Source of the DNA: a candidate division WOR-3 bacterium
GTDB lineage: Bacteria > Hydrothermota > Hydrothermia > LBFQ01 > DSFT01
Direction: 5' to 3'
Assembly: GCA_025060695.1 (NCBI GenBank)
Contig: JANXBH010000008.1
Coordinates: 2,094-66,093 of the forward strand
DNA length: 64,000 bases
Shown one piece after another: positions 27,911 to 36,343 of the stretch (its first letter is position 1; each line of letters opens with the position of its first letter). Below the pieces are notes generated by a model, which saw nothing but the letters and a program-made list of their open reading frames with translations, did not search any database and was not told the origin of the DNA. A program made the position numbers and the translations under genes.

Positions 27911-28836
27911 TTTGAGTATAAAAATGCAATTAGACCTTTTTGTGCATGTAGTCTATTTTCCGCTTGTTGAAATACTATGGAGTTTTCACTTTCTATTACT
28001 TCATCTGTTATTTCTTCATCCCTATGTGCAGGTAGACAATGCATGATTTTATATCCCTTTGGTGCATACTTTAGAATCTCACTATTTATTTGATATTCTC
28101 TAAATATTCTTTTTCTTTCTTCCGCTTCACTTTCTTGACCCATACTTGCCCACACGTCTGTATAAATAAAATCGCTATTTTTTATTGCATATACGATGTC
28201 ATTAGTAATTTCAATTTTAGCTCCAGTTTTTTTAGAAATCTCAATTGATTTATTATATATCTCTCTATTTGGCTCGTATCCATTTGGTCCAGCCCATATA
28301 AATCTATTTCCTATATATGAAGATATTAACATAAGTGAATGTGAGACATTATTTCCATCTCCAATAAATGTAAGTGTAAAATCCTTTGAAAAATTAGTTA
28401 TTTCAAATATTGTAAGTGTATCCGCAAGTGCTTGACAAGGATGTTCCAAGTCTGATAGTGCATTTATTACGGGAATTGTTGTATATTTTGCTAATTCAAT
28501 TAAAGTTTGATGCGAGTATACTCTTGAAACTATGCCATTTACCCATTTGTCTAAATTCCTTGCTACATCCTTTACGGGTTCTCTTTGACCCATCCTTACA
28601 CTTTGATGCTCCAAGTTTAAAGCATATCCTCCAAGTTGAGTAATTGCTATTTGGAATGTTGCTATTGTTCTAAGTGAAGGCTTTTCAAATATTAAAGCAA
28701 TAGTCCTATTATTTAGTACATTCTCAAGGAATTTTCCCTTTTTAAATTCCATTTTGTAGTGAAAGCCAAGATTTATAACCTCTCTTGTTTCCTCAATAGA
28801 AAGGTCTAAAATAGAAAGATAATCTCTTTTTTGCAT
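27907..28836 (-). CDS. Ornithine carbamoyltransferase-like transcarbamylase with a non-canonical carbamoyl-phosphate motif.
   Basis: HPCQALAD, NNVSHSLML and HCLPA motifs are present. The canonical STRTR reads SLRTI. Confidence 0.7.
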   Translation of the reverse strand: MQKRDYLSILDLSIEETREVINLGFHYKMEFKKGKFLENVLNNRTIALIFEKPSLRTIATFQIAITQLGGYALNLEHQSVRMGQREPVKDVARNLDKWVNGIVSRVYSHQTLIELAKYTTIPVINALSDLEHPCQALADTLTIFEITNFSKDFTLTFIGDGNNVSHSLMLISSYIGNRFIWAGPNGYEPNREIYNKSIEISKKTGAKIEITNDIVYAIKNSDFIYTDVWASMGQESEAEERKRIFREYQINSEILKYAPKGYKIMHCLPAHRDEEITDEVIESENSIVFQQAENRLHAQKGLIAFLYSK

Positions 28837-28851
28837 GCAGAAATTTTAAAG
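28837..28851 (-). promoter_or_regulatory. CTTTAAAATTTCTGC immediately 5' of the OTCase-like ATG.
   Basis: Same motif and the same spacing. Confidence 0.4.
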
Positions 28852-28967
28852 TTTTTAGAAAACTAAAAAGCTTTTTGTATAAGTTTGATTATATAAATAA
28901 ATCTTCAATATATATGTTCCTGAATTTATGTCTATATTGTAGCTATATTTCCCTGGTTCTAATTCCC

Positions 28968-29790
28968 CTATCTTTTTATTTCATACCTTACATTTCTTTT
29001 ATTTATCAAGTGTAAATTTATTGAATTGGAGATAATGTAAAACTTATCTCCGGGAAGTTTTACACTTTCATCCTGTAATACAGGTGTGAACGTTCCACAA
29101 ATCCCAAGAGCTAACCATCTTGCAATTCTTCCAAGATAACTGTTATCTCCCGGATCAACACAACTATAACTAAAACAGTGATCTGTATATGCCAACCTAC
29201 CATTTCCGTAGTTTCCTACCATAAGAGTAGGATCATTTGGTCCATTTGTAGTATCAACTATAAGAACTGACCAGTTATTACTATAAGGACCTTGAATATC
29301 ATAATCTCCTGAAGTCAAATCCTTATTTAAACCTGATGTTATAGGATGTAATGGTGCAAGAGGTGTAAATTCTTGGCAATTTGAATTTCCGCAGTTCCAC
29401 CATGCGGAACTTATATTTATTGAAAAAGTAGGTGGCAAAGTAGGAACATTATCCGCTTGGTTTGGTTGATTTATCCAGTATCCACCTCCCATAAGGACGT
29501 AATTTTGTAAGCTTGGTCCTAAATTCACTACATTAGAGTGCCATATAGCTCCAACATCTACTAAAACTAAATCGTATTTACATAGAGAGTCAGCTGAAAT
29601 ATTCCCAAGGCTACTGACTTGAACTTGGAAAACGCTTGCACCAAGAGATTGAAGTCTAAGTGGTGTATCATATAAACCTAAATAAATGTATAGTACTTTT
29701 ACCCCTGAGAGTGAATGTATGAAGTTATTTAGACTTCCATTAATTTCACGATTTATGTTTCCGATACCTACTCGACCATTTTCCAGCTAC
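28968..29790 (-). pseudogene. 5'-truncated, Trp/Gly-rich, probably secreted protein fragment. The open frame runs to 29790 with no start codon; only an internal GTG at 29528.
   Basis: My own translation of the minus strand upstream of 29528 continues in frame with protein-like sequence (...GVKVLYIYLGLYDTPLRLQSLGASVFQVQV...KYDLVLVDVGAIWHSNVV...) back to a TAG, with no ATG, GTG or TTG. Confidence 0.4.
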
Positions 29791-29791
29791 T

Positions 29792-30064
29792 TTGTTCTCA
29801 AGCCTTAAAATTTTGGATATGAAAAAATGTCCAAATTGCAATTTAGTTATGAACGAAGTTATAAAAGTGAATGTATTAGTGGATGTTTGTCCTCAATGTG
29901 GTGGTGTATGGTTGGATAGAGGAGAGTTAGAAAAGATAATTTACAGAATTAAAGATGTGGAAAAAGATTGGGAAGAAGACTATAGGAGATTTGGTCATTA
30001 TGATGATGATTATTATAAGAAAAAGAAAAAAAAGTGGTTTGATATCTTTGAAATTTTTGACTAA
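29792..30064 (+). CDS. Small zinc-ribbon protein (zf-TFIIB-like CPxC...CPxCGGVWLD) with an acidic and poly-lysine tail.
   Basis: CPNCN...CPQCGGVWLDRGELEKI; the tail is DDDYYKKKKKKW. Confidence 0.55.
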   Translation: MFSSLKILDMKKCPNCNLVMNEVIKVNVLVDVCPQCGGVWLDRGELEKIIYRIKDVEKDWEEDYRRFGHYDDDYYKKKKKKWFDIFEIFD

Positions 30065-30066
30065 TC

Positions 30067-31131
30067 ATGGGTATTAAATTTCCAGATATAGGGAAAATTA
30101 GTGAGGAGTTTTTTAATAATTATATATTTCCTAAGTTAGGCTCAAAAAGGGAAGAAGTTATTGTTCCTCCTCAGCATGGTGTAGATGTAGGTATAGTTAA
30201 GATATCTGAAAGTAAAGTAATGGCATTTACAACCGATCCAATATATATAGTTCCTCAATATGGATGGGAAAGGGCAGCTTGGTTTGCATTCCACATATTA
30301 GCAAGTGATATCTCCACTACGGGTTTTCCTCCAAGTTATGCTATATTTGATTTTAATTTGCCTATGAGTATTAAGGAGGATGAGTTTGAAATTATTTGGG
30401 ATGTAATAGATAGGGAATGTAAAAAATATGGGACTGCAATTGTGACAGGGCATACCGCAAGGTATACAGGGACAGATTATCCTATGGTAGGTGGAGCAAC
30501 ATTTGTGGCTATATGCGATTATGATAAGTATTTAATTCCGAAAATGGCTATGGAAGGTGATTTGGTAGTAATTACAAAAGGACCTGCAATTGAAACAGTT
30601 GGTATTATTTCAAACACATTCCCAAATTATATAAAAAGACATTTAGGTGAGGAGATACTTAAAAAAGCACAAGATTTATTTTATAAGATGAGCACGATAG
30701 ATGACGCACTATTAGCGGTAAAAGTAGGGGTAAGAGAAAATGGTGTAACCTCTATGCACGATGCTACCGAGTGTGGTGTGATAGGCGGTGTATATGAAGT
30801 TGCTCAGGCAAGCAATAAGGGTATTATTATCTATAAAGATGAGATTCCTATACTTAACGAAGTTAAGTTAGTTTGCGATTTATTTAATATAGACCCATAT
30901 ATTTCCATAAGTGAAGGGACATTAGTAATTACAGTAAGGCCAAATAAAGCAAATGAGTTAATAAAAATTCTAAATGACAATAACATAATTGCTAAAGTAA
31001 TAGGTGAAATTTTGCCATTAGATGAAGGAAGATGGATATACGAAAATGGTGAAAAAAGAGTTCTAACTCATCCAAGAGTAGACCCATTTTGGAATGCGAT
31101 GAAATTCGGTTTTGAAAATGGTCTAAATTAA
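30067..31131 (+). CDS. AIR synthase-related (PurM superfamily) protein of unassigned subfamily.
   Basis: 354 aa; the N-domain (VGIVKI...AFTTDP, HILASDISTTGFPP) and C-domain pattern are typical of PurM/HypE/ThiL/SelD-like folds. Confidence 0.65.
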   Translation: MGIKFPDIGKISEEFFNNYIFPKLGSKREEVIVPPQHGVDVGIVKISESKVMAFTTDPIYIVPQYGWERAAWFAFHILASDISTTGFPPSYAIFDFNLPMSIKEDEFEIIWDVIDRECKKYGTAIVTGHTARYTGTDYPMVGGATFVAICDYDKYLIPKMAMEGDLVVITKGPAIETVGIISNTFPNYIKRHLGEEILKKAQDLFYKMSTIDDALLAVKVGVRENGVTSMHDATECGVIGGVYEVAQASNKGIIIYKDEIPILNEVKLVCDLFNIDPYISISEGTLVITVRPNKANELIKILNDNNIIAKVIGEILPLDEGRWIYENGEKRVLTHPRVDPFWNAMKFGFENGLN

Positions 31132-31485
31132 ATGAGATTTATAAATCTATTTCTTGGGACTACATTCTTGAGTCTTGGATTTGTTGGTCTTTTTGTTCCC
31201 CTCTTACCCTCTACTATATTTTTTATTCTATCCGCATTTTTCTATGCAAGAAGCTCAAAAAAACTATATAATTATGTCGTTAATCATCCAAAAATTTCAA
31301 AACATATAAGAATATGGCAAGAAAAAAGAGCTATGCCTAAAAAGGCTAAAATTATAGCTATTAGTTCGGTTTTAATAAGCATAGCTTTAACAGTTATTTT
31401 AAATAGTTCTATTTATGTTAGGTTAGCCTCAATTATTCTTGGTATATCTCTCATAGTAATACTTCTGAAAATTAGAACCTATTAA
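31132..31485 (+). CDS. DUF454 (YbaN-like) inner-membrane protein.
   Basis: 117 aa; the GFVGLFVPLLPSTIFFILSAFFYARSS pattern is characteristic of YbaN. Confidence 0.7.
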   Translation: MRFINLFLGTTFLSLGFVGLFVPLLPSTIFFILSAFFYARSSKKLYNYVVNHPKISKHIRIWQEKRAMPKKAKIIAISSVLISIALTVILNSSIYVRLASIILGISLIVILLKIRTY

Positions 31486-32273
31486 ATATATAAGCTAACG
31501 AAATCTTCGGGTATAACATTTTTCATTACATTCATTAGTTGCTTCGAAAATCTTTTGAAACTATTAGATATTGCATGTGCTCTTACTATTGAAAGATGAT
31601 ACCGATAAAACCACTTATCCTTGAATTTTTCAACTATTTTCTTAATTTGCTCTTTATTTGAATAAAGAATATCAACTGTGGATTTTAATATAGAAAATTC
31701 AATAAATTGGGGAAATTTTGGTAAAATGAATGGTCTTTGATAACTAAAAAGTTCATAGAATGTATGGTAATTTCCGAAACTTTCGTCTTTATATGCAAGA
31801 ACAAATATGGAAGCCTCTTGAGGATCGTTTACTATTTCGTAATTACTTTTTATATAATCTATAATTTCTTCATCATTGCATTCTTCAGGTAAAAAAATCT
31901 TAATATCAGATGGTGGATTTATAAACCTCTTATATTCAATAGGATAATCTAAATGGATAATATAAGTGCTGTTTATGTATTTGCTTAAAAGAATTTCTTT
32001 TTGAAACCTATGATGAACTATAACTCTATCTACAACTTCAAGAATATCGTATATATAATCAAAACTATCGTGTAAAATGGCTATCTTCCCAATCTTTTCA
32101 AACTTATAGCTTTTAAAAATTTCTATATCATCTATAGTTTCAATATGTCCAAGAAGGATAAAAAAATCATTATCATCAATTGTAATATTTTCTTTCATTA
32201 AGTAGTTTTTTAGCTTTTCATCGTAGTCCTTTAGTTTTCTATGTTGTAGAATATTGATTCTCAACTTTATCAT
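31482..32273 (-). CDS. Hypothetical protein (263 aa).
   Basis: ORF only; overlaps the ftsH start by 35 nt, so the true start may be an internal Met. Confidence 0.35.
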   Translation of the reverse strand: MIKLRINILQHRKLKDYDEKLKNYLMKENITIDDNDFFILLGHIETIDDIEIFKSYKFEKIGKIAILHDSFDYIYDILEVVDRVIVHHRFQKEILLSKYINSTYIIHLDYPIEYKRFINPPSDIKIFLPEECNDEEIIDYIKSNYEIVNDPQEASIFVLAYKDESFGNYHTFYELFSYQRPFILPKFPQFIEFSILKSTVDILYSNKEQIKKIVEKFKDKWFYRYHLSIVRAHAISNSFKRFSKQLMNVMKNVIPEDFVSLYI

Positions 32274-34074
32274 GTTTTAGAATCTGGTCTAATTCTTCCC
32301 CTGTAATTGTTTCTTTTTCTAATAGCATTCTTGCTATTAAGTGTAGTTTGTCTATATTTTCAGTTAAAATTTTAAATGCGGTATTTTCCGCTTCTTCCAA
32401 AATTCTCTTTGTTTCTTCATCCGCTATTTTTAAGAAATCTTCAGATGTCCCATTTTTCTTTGCTATTTCTTTACCTATGAATATTTGTCCATCCGTTGAT
32501 ATGTGAATAGGACCTATAGCTTTACTCATTCCCCACTCCATTACCATTTTTCTTGCTATTTGAGTTGATCTTTCTAAGTCATTTGCTGCTCCTGAACTAA
32601 CTTCATTAAAAACTATTTTCTCCGCAACTCTTCCTCCCATCAGTATTGCAAGCTGATTCTTTAAATAGCTTTCCTCATATAAATATTTATCTTTTTCAGG
32701 TAAAGGCACAGTTACTCCTAATGCCATACCTCTTGGTATTATACTTACTTTTTGTATTTTATCAGTGTTTGGAAGCATTCTTGATACTAATGCATGGCCT
32801 GCTTCATGGTATGCAACTCTTCTTTTTTCGTCTTCTGAAAGAACAAGATTTCTCTTTGCAGCACCCATTATTATCTTATCTTTCGCTTCTTCTAAGTCCT
32901 TTAGTGTAATTTTATCCCTTCCCGCTCTTGCAGCAAGTAAAGCTGCTTCATTTATAAGATTTGCTAAATCTGCACCAGAAAAACCCGGTGTAGTTTGTGC
33001 AATTTTTTCTAAATCTACATCTTCAGAAAGTGGTTTGTCCTTTGCATGTATTTTCAATATTTCTAATCTTCCTTTAACGTCAGGTAAGTTTATAAATACC
33101 TTTCTATCAAATCTTCCAGGTCTTAATAGTGCAGGGTCCAATATATCTGGTCTATTAGTTGCTGCAAGAATAACTATTCCTTCCTTTCCTTCAAATCCAT
33201 CCATCTCTACTAAAAGTTGATTTAATGTCTGCTCTCTTTCATCATGACCTCCTCCTATTCCACTTCCCCTCATCCTTCCTACCGCATCAATTTCATCTAT
33301 AAATATAATTGCAGGAGCTAATTGCTTTGCCTTTTGGAATAAATCTCTTACTCTTGCTGCACCAACACCTACAAACATTTCTACAAAGTCAGAACCAGAT
33401 ATAGATAAAAATGGTACTCCTGCTTCACCTGCTACCGCCTTTGCTAATAAAGTCTTTCCAACACCTGGTGGTCCTACAAGTAATATGCCTTTTGGTATTT
33501 TTGCACCAAGTTTGGTATATTTTTCCCTATTTTTTAGAAATTCAACAACTTCCTTTAAATCTTCCTTTGCTTCTTCTGCATCAGCAACATCATCAAACCT
33601 TACATTAGGCTTATTGTCAACATATATCTTTGCTCTACTTTGTGAAAATTCTATAGCTCTTGATGCTCCATTTGAAATACTTCTAAGAAATATAAACCAA
33701 AATATTATAAACAAAACTATCCAAGGCAAGTAGCTAAGAAAAATCTCCCAAAACACATTTCTATTTTTAGTCTTTATAATAATGCCTTTTTGAATAACTT
33801 CACGCATAAGCTGTTCGTCCTTATATGGTAAGATTATTTTAAAATATTTATATTGCTTATCTCCAATTTTTAATGCCTCTTTAAATTCTCCCTCCAGCTC
33901 ATTTTCAATAATGGTAATTGAGGCTATTTTATTTTCATTTACGAAGTTGATAAACTGATTATATGTAATTTCAAGCTTTAAATTATTATTTGGATTGAAA
34001 AGTGTAAAAACGATAAGAAACGAACCTATAATTACTATCCAAATTAAGAGAGTATTAAATATATTTTTCTGCAT
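32239..34074 (-). CDS. ftsH: ATP-dependent zinc metalloprotease FtsH.
   Basis: 611 aa; N-terminal TM, Walker A GPPGVGKT, second region of homology (SRH), and zinc-binding HEAGHAL. Confidence 0.9.
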   Translation of the reverse strand: MQKNIFNTLLIWIVIIGSFLIVFTLFNPNNNLKLEITYNQFINFVNENKIASITIIENELEGEFKEALKIGDKQYKYFKIILPYKDEQLMREVIQKGIIIKTKNRNVFWEIFLSYLPWIVLFIIFWFIFLRSISNGASRAIEFSQSRAKIYVDNKPNVRFDDVADAEEAKEDLKEVVEFLKNREKYTKLGAKIPKGILLVGPPGVGKTLLAKAVAGEAGVPFLSISGSDFVEMFVGVGAARVRDLFQKAKQLAPAIIFIDEIDAVGRMRGSGIGGGHDEREQTLNQLLVEMDGFEGKEGIVILAATNRPDILDPALLRPGRFDRKVFINLPDVKGRLEILKIHAKDKPLSEDVDLEKIAQTTPGFSGADLANLINEAALLAARAGRDKITLKDLEEAKDKIIMGAAKRNLVLSEDEKRRVAYHEAGHALVSRMLPNTDKIQKVSIIPRGMALGVTVPLPEKDKYLYEESYLKNQLAILMGGRVAEKIVFNEVSSGAANDLERSTQIARKMVMEWGMSKAIGPIHISTDGQIFIGKEIAKKNGTSEDFLKIADEETKRILEEAENTAFKILTENIDKLHLIARMLLEKETITGEELDQILKHDKVENQYSTT

Positions 34075-34077
34075 CTA

Positions 34078-34091
34078 TAAAATTTTAAAGC
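34078..34091 (-). promoter_or_regulatory. CTTTAAAATTTTATAG element ending 0 nt before the ftsH ATG. It is a -10-like TAAAAT with a 7-nt spacer to the start codon; putative promoter of a leaderless transcript.
   Basis: Member of a motif family seen at 12 or more start sites in this window. Confidence 0.4.
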
Positions 34092-34098
34092 TTTTGCC

Positions 34099-34665
34099 TT
34101 ATTTTGGATGAAATAGAATTCTTTCTATAATTCTTGGATAGTAGTAGTGTTCAAGTTCATGAATTTTGCTTTCAAGTGTTTCTAAATTATCATTTTCCTC
34201 TATTCTAATGCATACTTGTTCAATTATTTCACCTTCGTCTACAAACTCATTTACCCAATGTATAGTAATACCGGTAATTTTAACACCATAATTATATGCC
34301 CTTTCAATTGCTCTAAGACCTTTGAATGCAGGAAGTAGAGAAGGATGTATATTTATAATTTTCTTCCAATACTTTTTTACTATAAACTCAGGTATTATGC
34401 GCATATAACCTGCTAACACTATTAAATTGAAAGGTTCAAGAGAAGATAAAACTTTTAAAAGCTCCTCATTATATTTTTCCTTTCCCATACTTTTATAGTC
34501 CAAAACAACTGACCTTACATTTAATAACCTTGCCCTTTCTATAATGTATGCTCTTGGATTATCGCTAATTAAAGCTTTTATAGTTAATGGTTTATCTTTG
34601 AAATACTCATAAATTGCTTGAAAATTGCTACCATATCCTGAACCCATTACTATAATTTCTTTCAT
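34099..34665 (-). CDS. purN: Phosphoribosylglycinamide formyltransferase.
   Basis: 188 aa; PurN-like throughout (GSGYGSNFQAI, NIHPSLLP). Confidence 0.85.
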   Translation of the reverse strand: MKEIIVMGSGYGSNFQAIYEYFKDKPLTIKALISDNPRAYIIERARLLNVRSVVLDYKSMGKEKYNEELLKVLSSLEPFNLIVLAGYMRIIPEFIVKKYWKKIINIHPSLLPAFKGLRAIERAYNYGVKITGITIHWVNEFVDEGEIIEQVCIRIEENDNLETLESKIHELEHYYYPRIIERILFHPK

Positions 34666-35189
34666 TGAAATATCACTATCTCAATCCTTCTATTTTGTTT
34701 TCTTCCTTCTTCGGTAGAATTGCTTGAAATTGGTCTTGTATCTCCATATGAAACCGCATAGATTTTATCGTGTTCGATTCCCATATTTATAAAATATCTT
34801 ACAATAACTGTTGCTCTATGTGCAGCTAACTCCCAATTTGTAGGATAAATATGCTTATTAGTTTGAATTGGAATAGAGTCAGTATGACTTTCTACTGAAA
34901 TTTTACTATAGCCTTTTTGTTTTATCTTTTGTATTATATCGTCTAAATATCTCTTTCCTTCTTCAGTTAGTTCATCGCTACCCGGCTTAAAAATTCTATC
35001 AGTTTGTATTATTACTTTTGTAAAATTTTCATTATTTGAATACCCTGAGAACTTTATTAGCTTTTTATTTTCCTCTTCTACGTCAAAAAATGCTTTTTTA
35101 AGTGGTAAATATTCAAAGTAATAAAAATATAAGTTAAAACCAAGAAGTAATAAAACTATTAGTATTAAAAACCAACTAAAAAATCTCAT
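34662..35189 (-). CDS. OmpA/MotB-like peptidoglycan-binding domain protein with an N-terminal TM anchor.
   Basis: C-terminal OmpA-like domain (VESHTDSIP...NRRIEIVI). Confidence 0.7.
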   Translation of the reverse strand: MRFFSWFLILIVLLLLGFNLYFYYFEYLPLKKAFFDVEEENKKLIKFSGYSNNENFTKVIIQTDRIFKPGSDELTEEGKRYLDDIIQKIKQKGYSKISVESHTDSIPIQTNKHIYPTNWELAAHRATVIVRYFINMGIEHDKIYAVSYGDTRPISSNSTEEGRKQNRRIEIVIFQ

Positions 35190-36328
35190 GTTATTGAGTT
35201 TATAGCTAATACCATATTTCTTAGTTTTTCATATGCAACTTTCCAACTTCTTGTTCTTAATCCACAATCGGGTGCGACGAAAATCCTATTTATATCTTTT
35301 ATAATTTCTAACGCATATAAAATTCTATCGCGTATAAGTTCAACAGGTTCTATATAGTCATCGTGAACATCAATTACTCCAAGTCCCACAACGAATTTAT
35401 AATCCTTTAGTTTTTTTAAAATCTCATATCCTCTTCTTACTTTTTCATTTACCCCAAGCTCCCTACTGTCCCTGTTCGCATACTCAAAATGAAATTCATT
35501 TATAATTCCTTCAAGTTTTTGAATATAAGGAAATAGTAAGTTATAATCCGAAAAGCAAATATGTACTGAGAAAAATACTTTTCCCTTTAAATCTCCAATT
35601 GCACTAATTAGACCGTCTACAAATAAGTCAATTTCATTTCTCTTTGTAGTTGCAGCAGGTTCATCAATTTGTATAAATCTAATAGAATTTTCATATAAGA
35701 CTTTCAAGTTTTCATAAATTATATTCTTTGCCATGTCTTCTATAAATTTTCTTCTTGCTTCTTTTCTTTTTAAAATACCGTCTCTTGTCCCAATTTCCGC
35801 TTCTTTTAAATAAAATTCATCAAATGACCAATCAACAAGAGTATACGGGCCAGTAATGGGTATCTTTATAGGCTTGCTTGCATATTTTTGTATAGTCTTT
35901 AATTCATCAATGTAAAAGTATTCCTTTAATTGTGGTTTTTTATATACTGCTGCTTTTTTATAGTATTTATTATCAAAGCTTCTTACATGTCCATAGAATC
36001 TAAATCCGTCTATTTTTCTAATTGGGTGTTCGTACATTTCAATTCTATGTTGTTCTCCATCGTATACCACATCTAATCCTGCCTTTTCCAAAAGTTTTAT
36101 GGCAAATAATGAAGAATACTCTACTATTTTTTCCTTTTCTTCTTGTGTAAAGTTTTCCTTTTTGTTTATTATATCAATTAGTTCTTGTGCATCTATATTT
36201 AGAAATTTTATCCAATACTTTGCATCTTCAATGTCTTCCTCACTTAATGGTATGTTATTTAATGCTTTTACTCTCCAATTTGGTTTTGCAAGTGAACCAA
36301 TTTCGTGTGCTAATAGTGGTTTTAACAT
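35186..36328 (-). CDS. Short-form cobalamin-independent methionine synthase (MetE C-terminal-like) family protein.
   Basis: IQIDEPA, HICFSDY and APDCGLRTRSW motifs match the MetE catalytic domain. Confidence 0.65.
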   Translation of the reverse strand: MLKPLLAHEIGSLAKPNWRVKALNNIPLSEEDIEDAKYWIKFLNIDAQELIDIINKKENFTQEEKEKIVEYSSLFAIKLLEKAGLDVVYDGEQHRIEMYEHPIRKIDGFRFYGHVRSFDNKYYKKAAVYKKPQLKEYFYIDELKTIQKYASKPIKIPITGPYTLVDWSFDEFYLKEAEIGTRDGILKRKEARRKFIEDMAKNIIYENLKVLYENSIRFIQIDEPAATTKRNEIDLFVDGLISAIGDLKGKVFFSVHICFSDYNLLFPYIQKLEGIINEFHFEYANRDSRELGVNEKVRRGYEILKKLKDYKFVVGLGVIDVHDDYIEPVELIRDRILYALEIIKDINRIFVAPDCGLRTRSWKVAYEKLRNMVLAINSIT

Positions 36329-36343
36329 TTTGAAATTTTAAAG
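36329..36343 (-). promoter_or_regulatory. CTTTAAAATTTCAAA immediately 5' of the MetE-like ATG; it overlaps the gatB stop codon.
   Basis: Same motif, with a 6-nt spacer from TAAAAT to the ATG. Confidence 0.4.

Noticed and set aside
28852-28876. A possible rho-independent terminator or small RNA in the 130-nt gap downstream of the truncated gene: TTTTTAG-AAAA-CTAAAAA followed by GCTTTTT.
   Set aside because: The stem is 7 bp of pure A/T with no G/C content and would be very unstable. It is indistinguishable from background in 30%-GC DNA.
17104-29790. Elevated GC in rpsE, in the cytochrome genes and in the truncated gene, as evidence of horizontal transfer.
   Set aside because: These ORFs are rich in Gly, Ala, Arg, Pro and Trp codons, which raises GC regardless of origin. 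Without codon-position-specific statistics the signal is not interpretable. I mention it only as a soft hint for the truncated fragment.
30067-31131. Calling the PurM-like protein HypE (hydrogenase maturation) or ThiL.
   Set aside because: It lacks the C-terminal PRIC-type motif of HypE. It has no hydrogenase or hyp neighbours and no thiamine-pathway context. I left it as an unassigned PurM-superfamily member.
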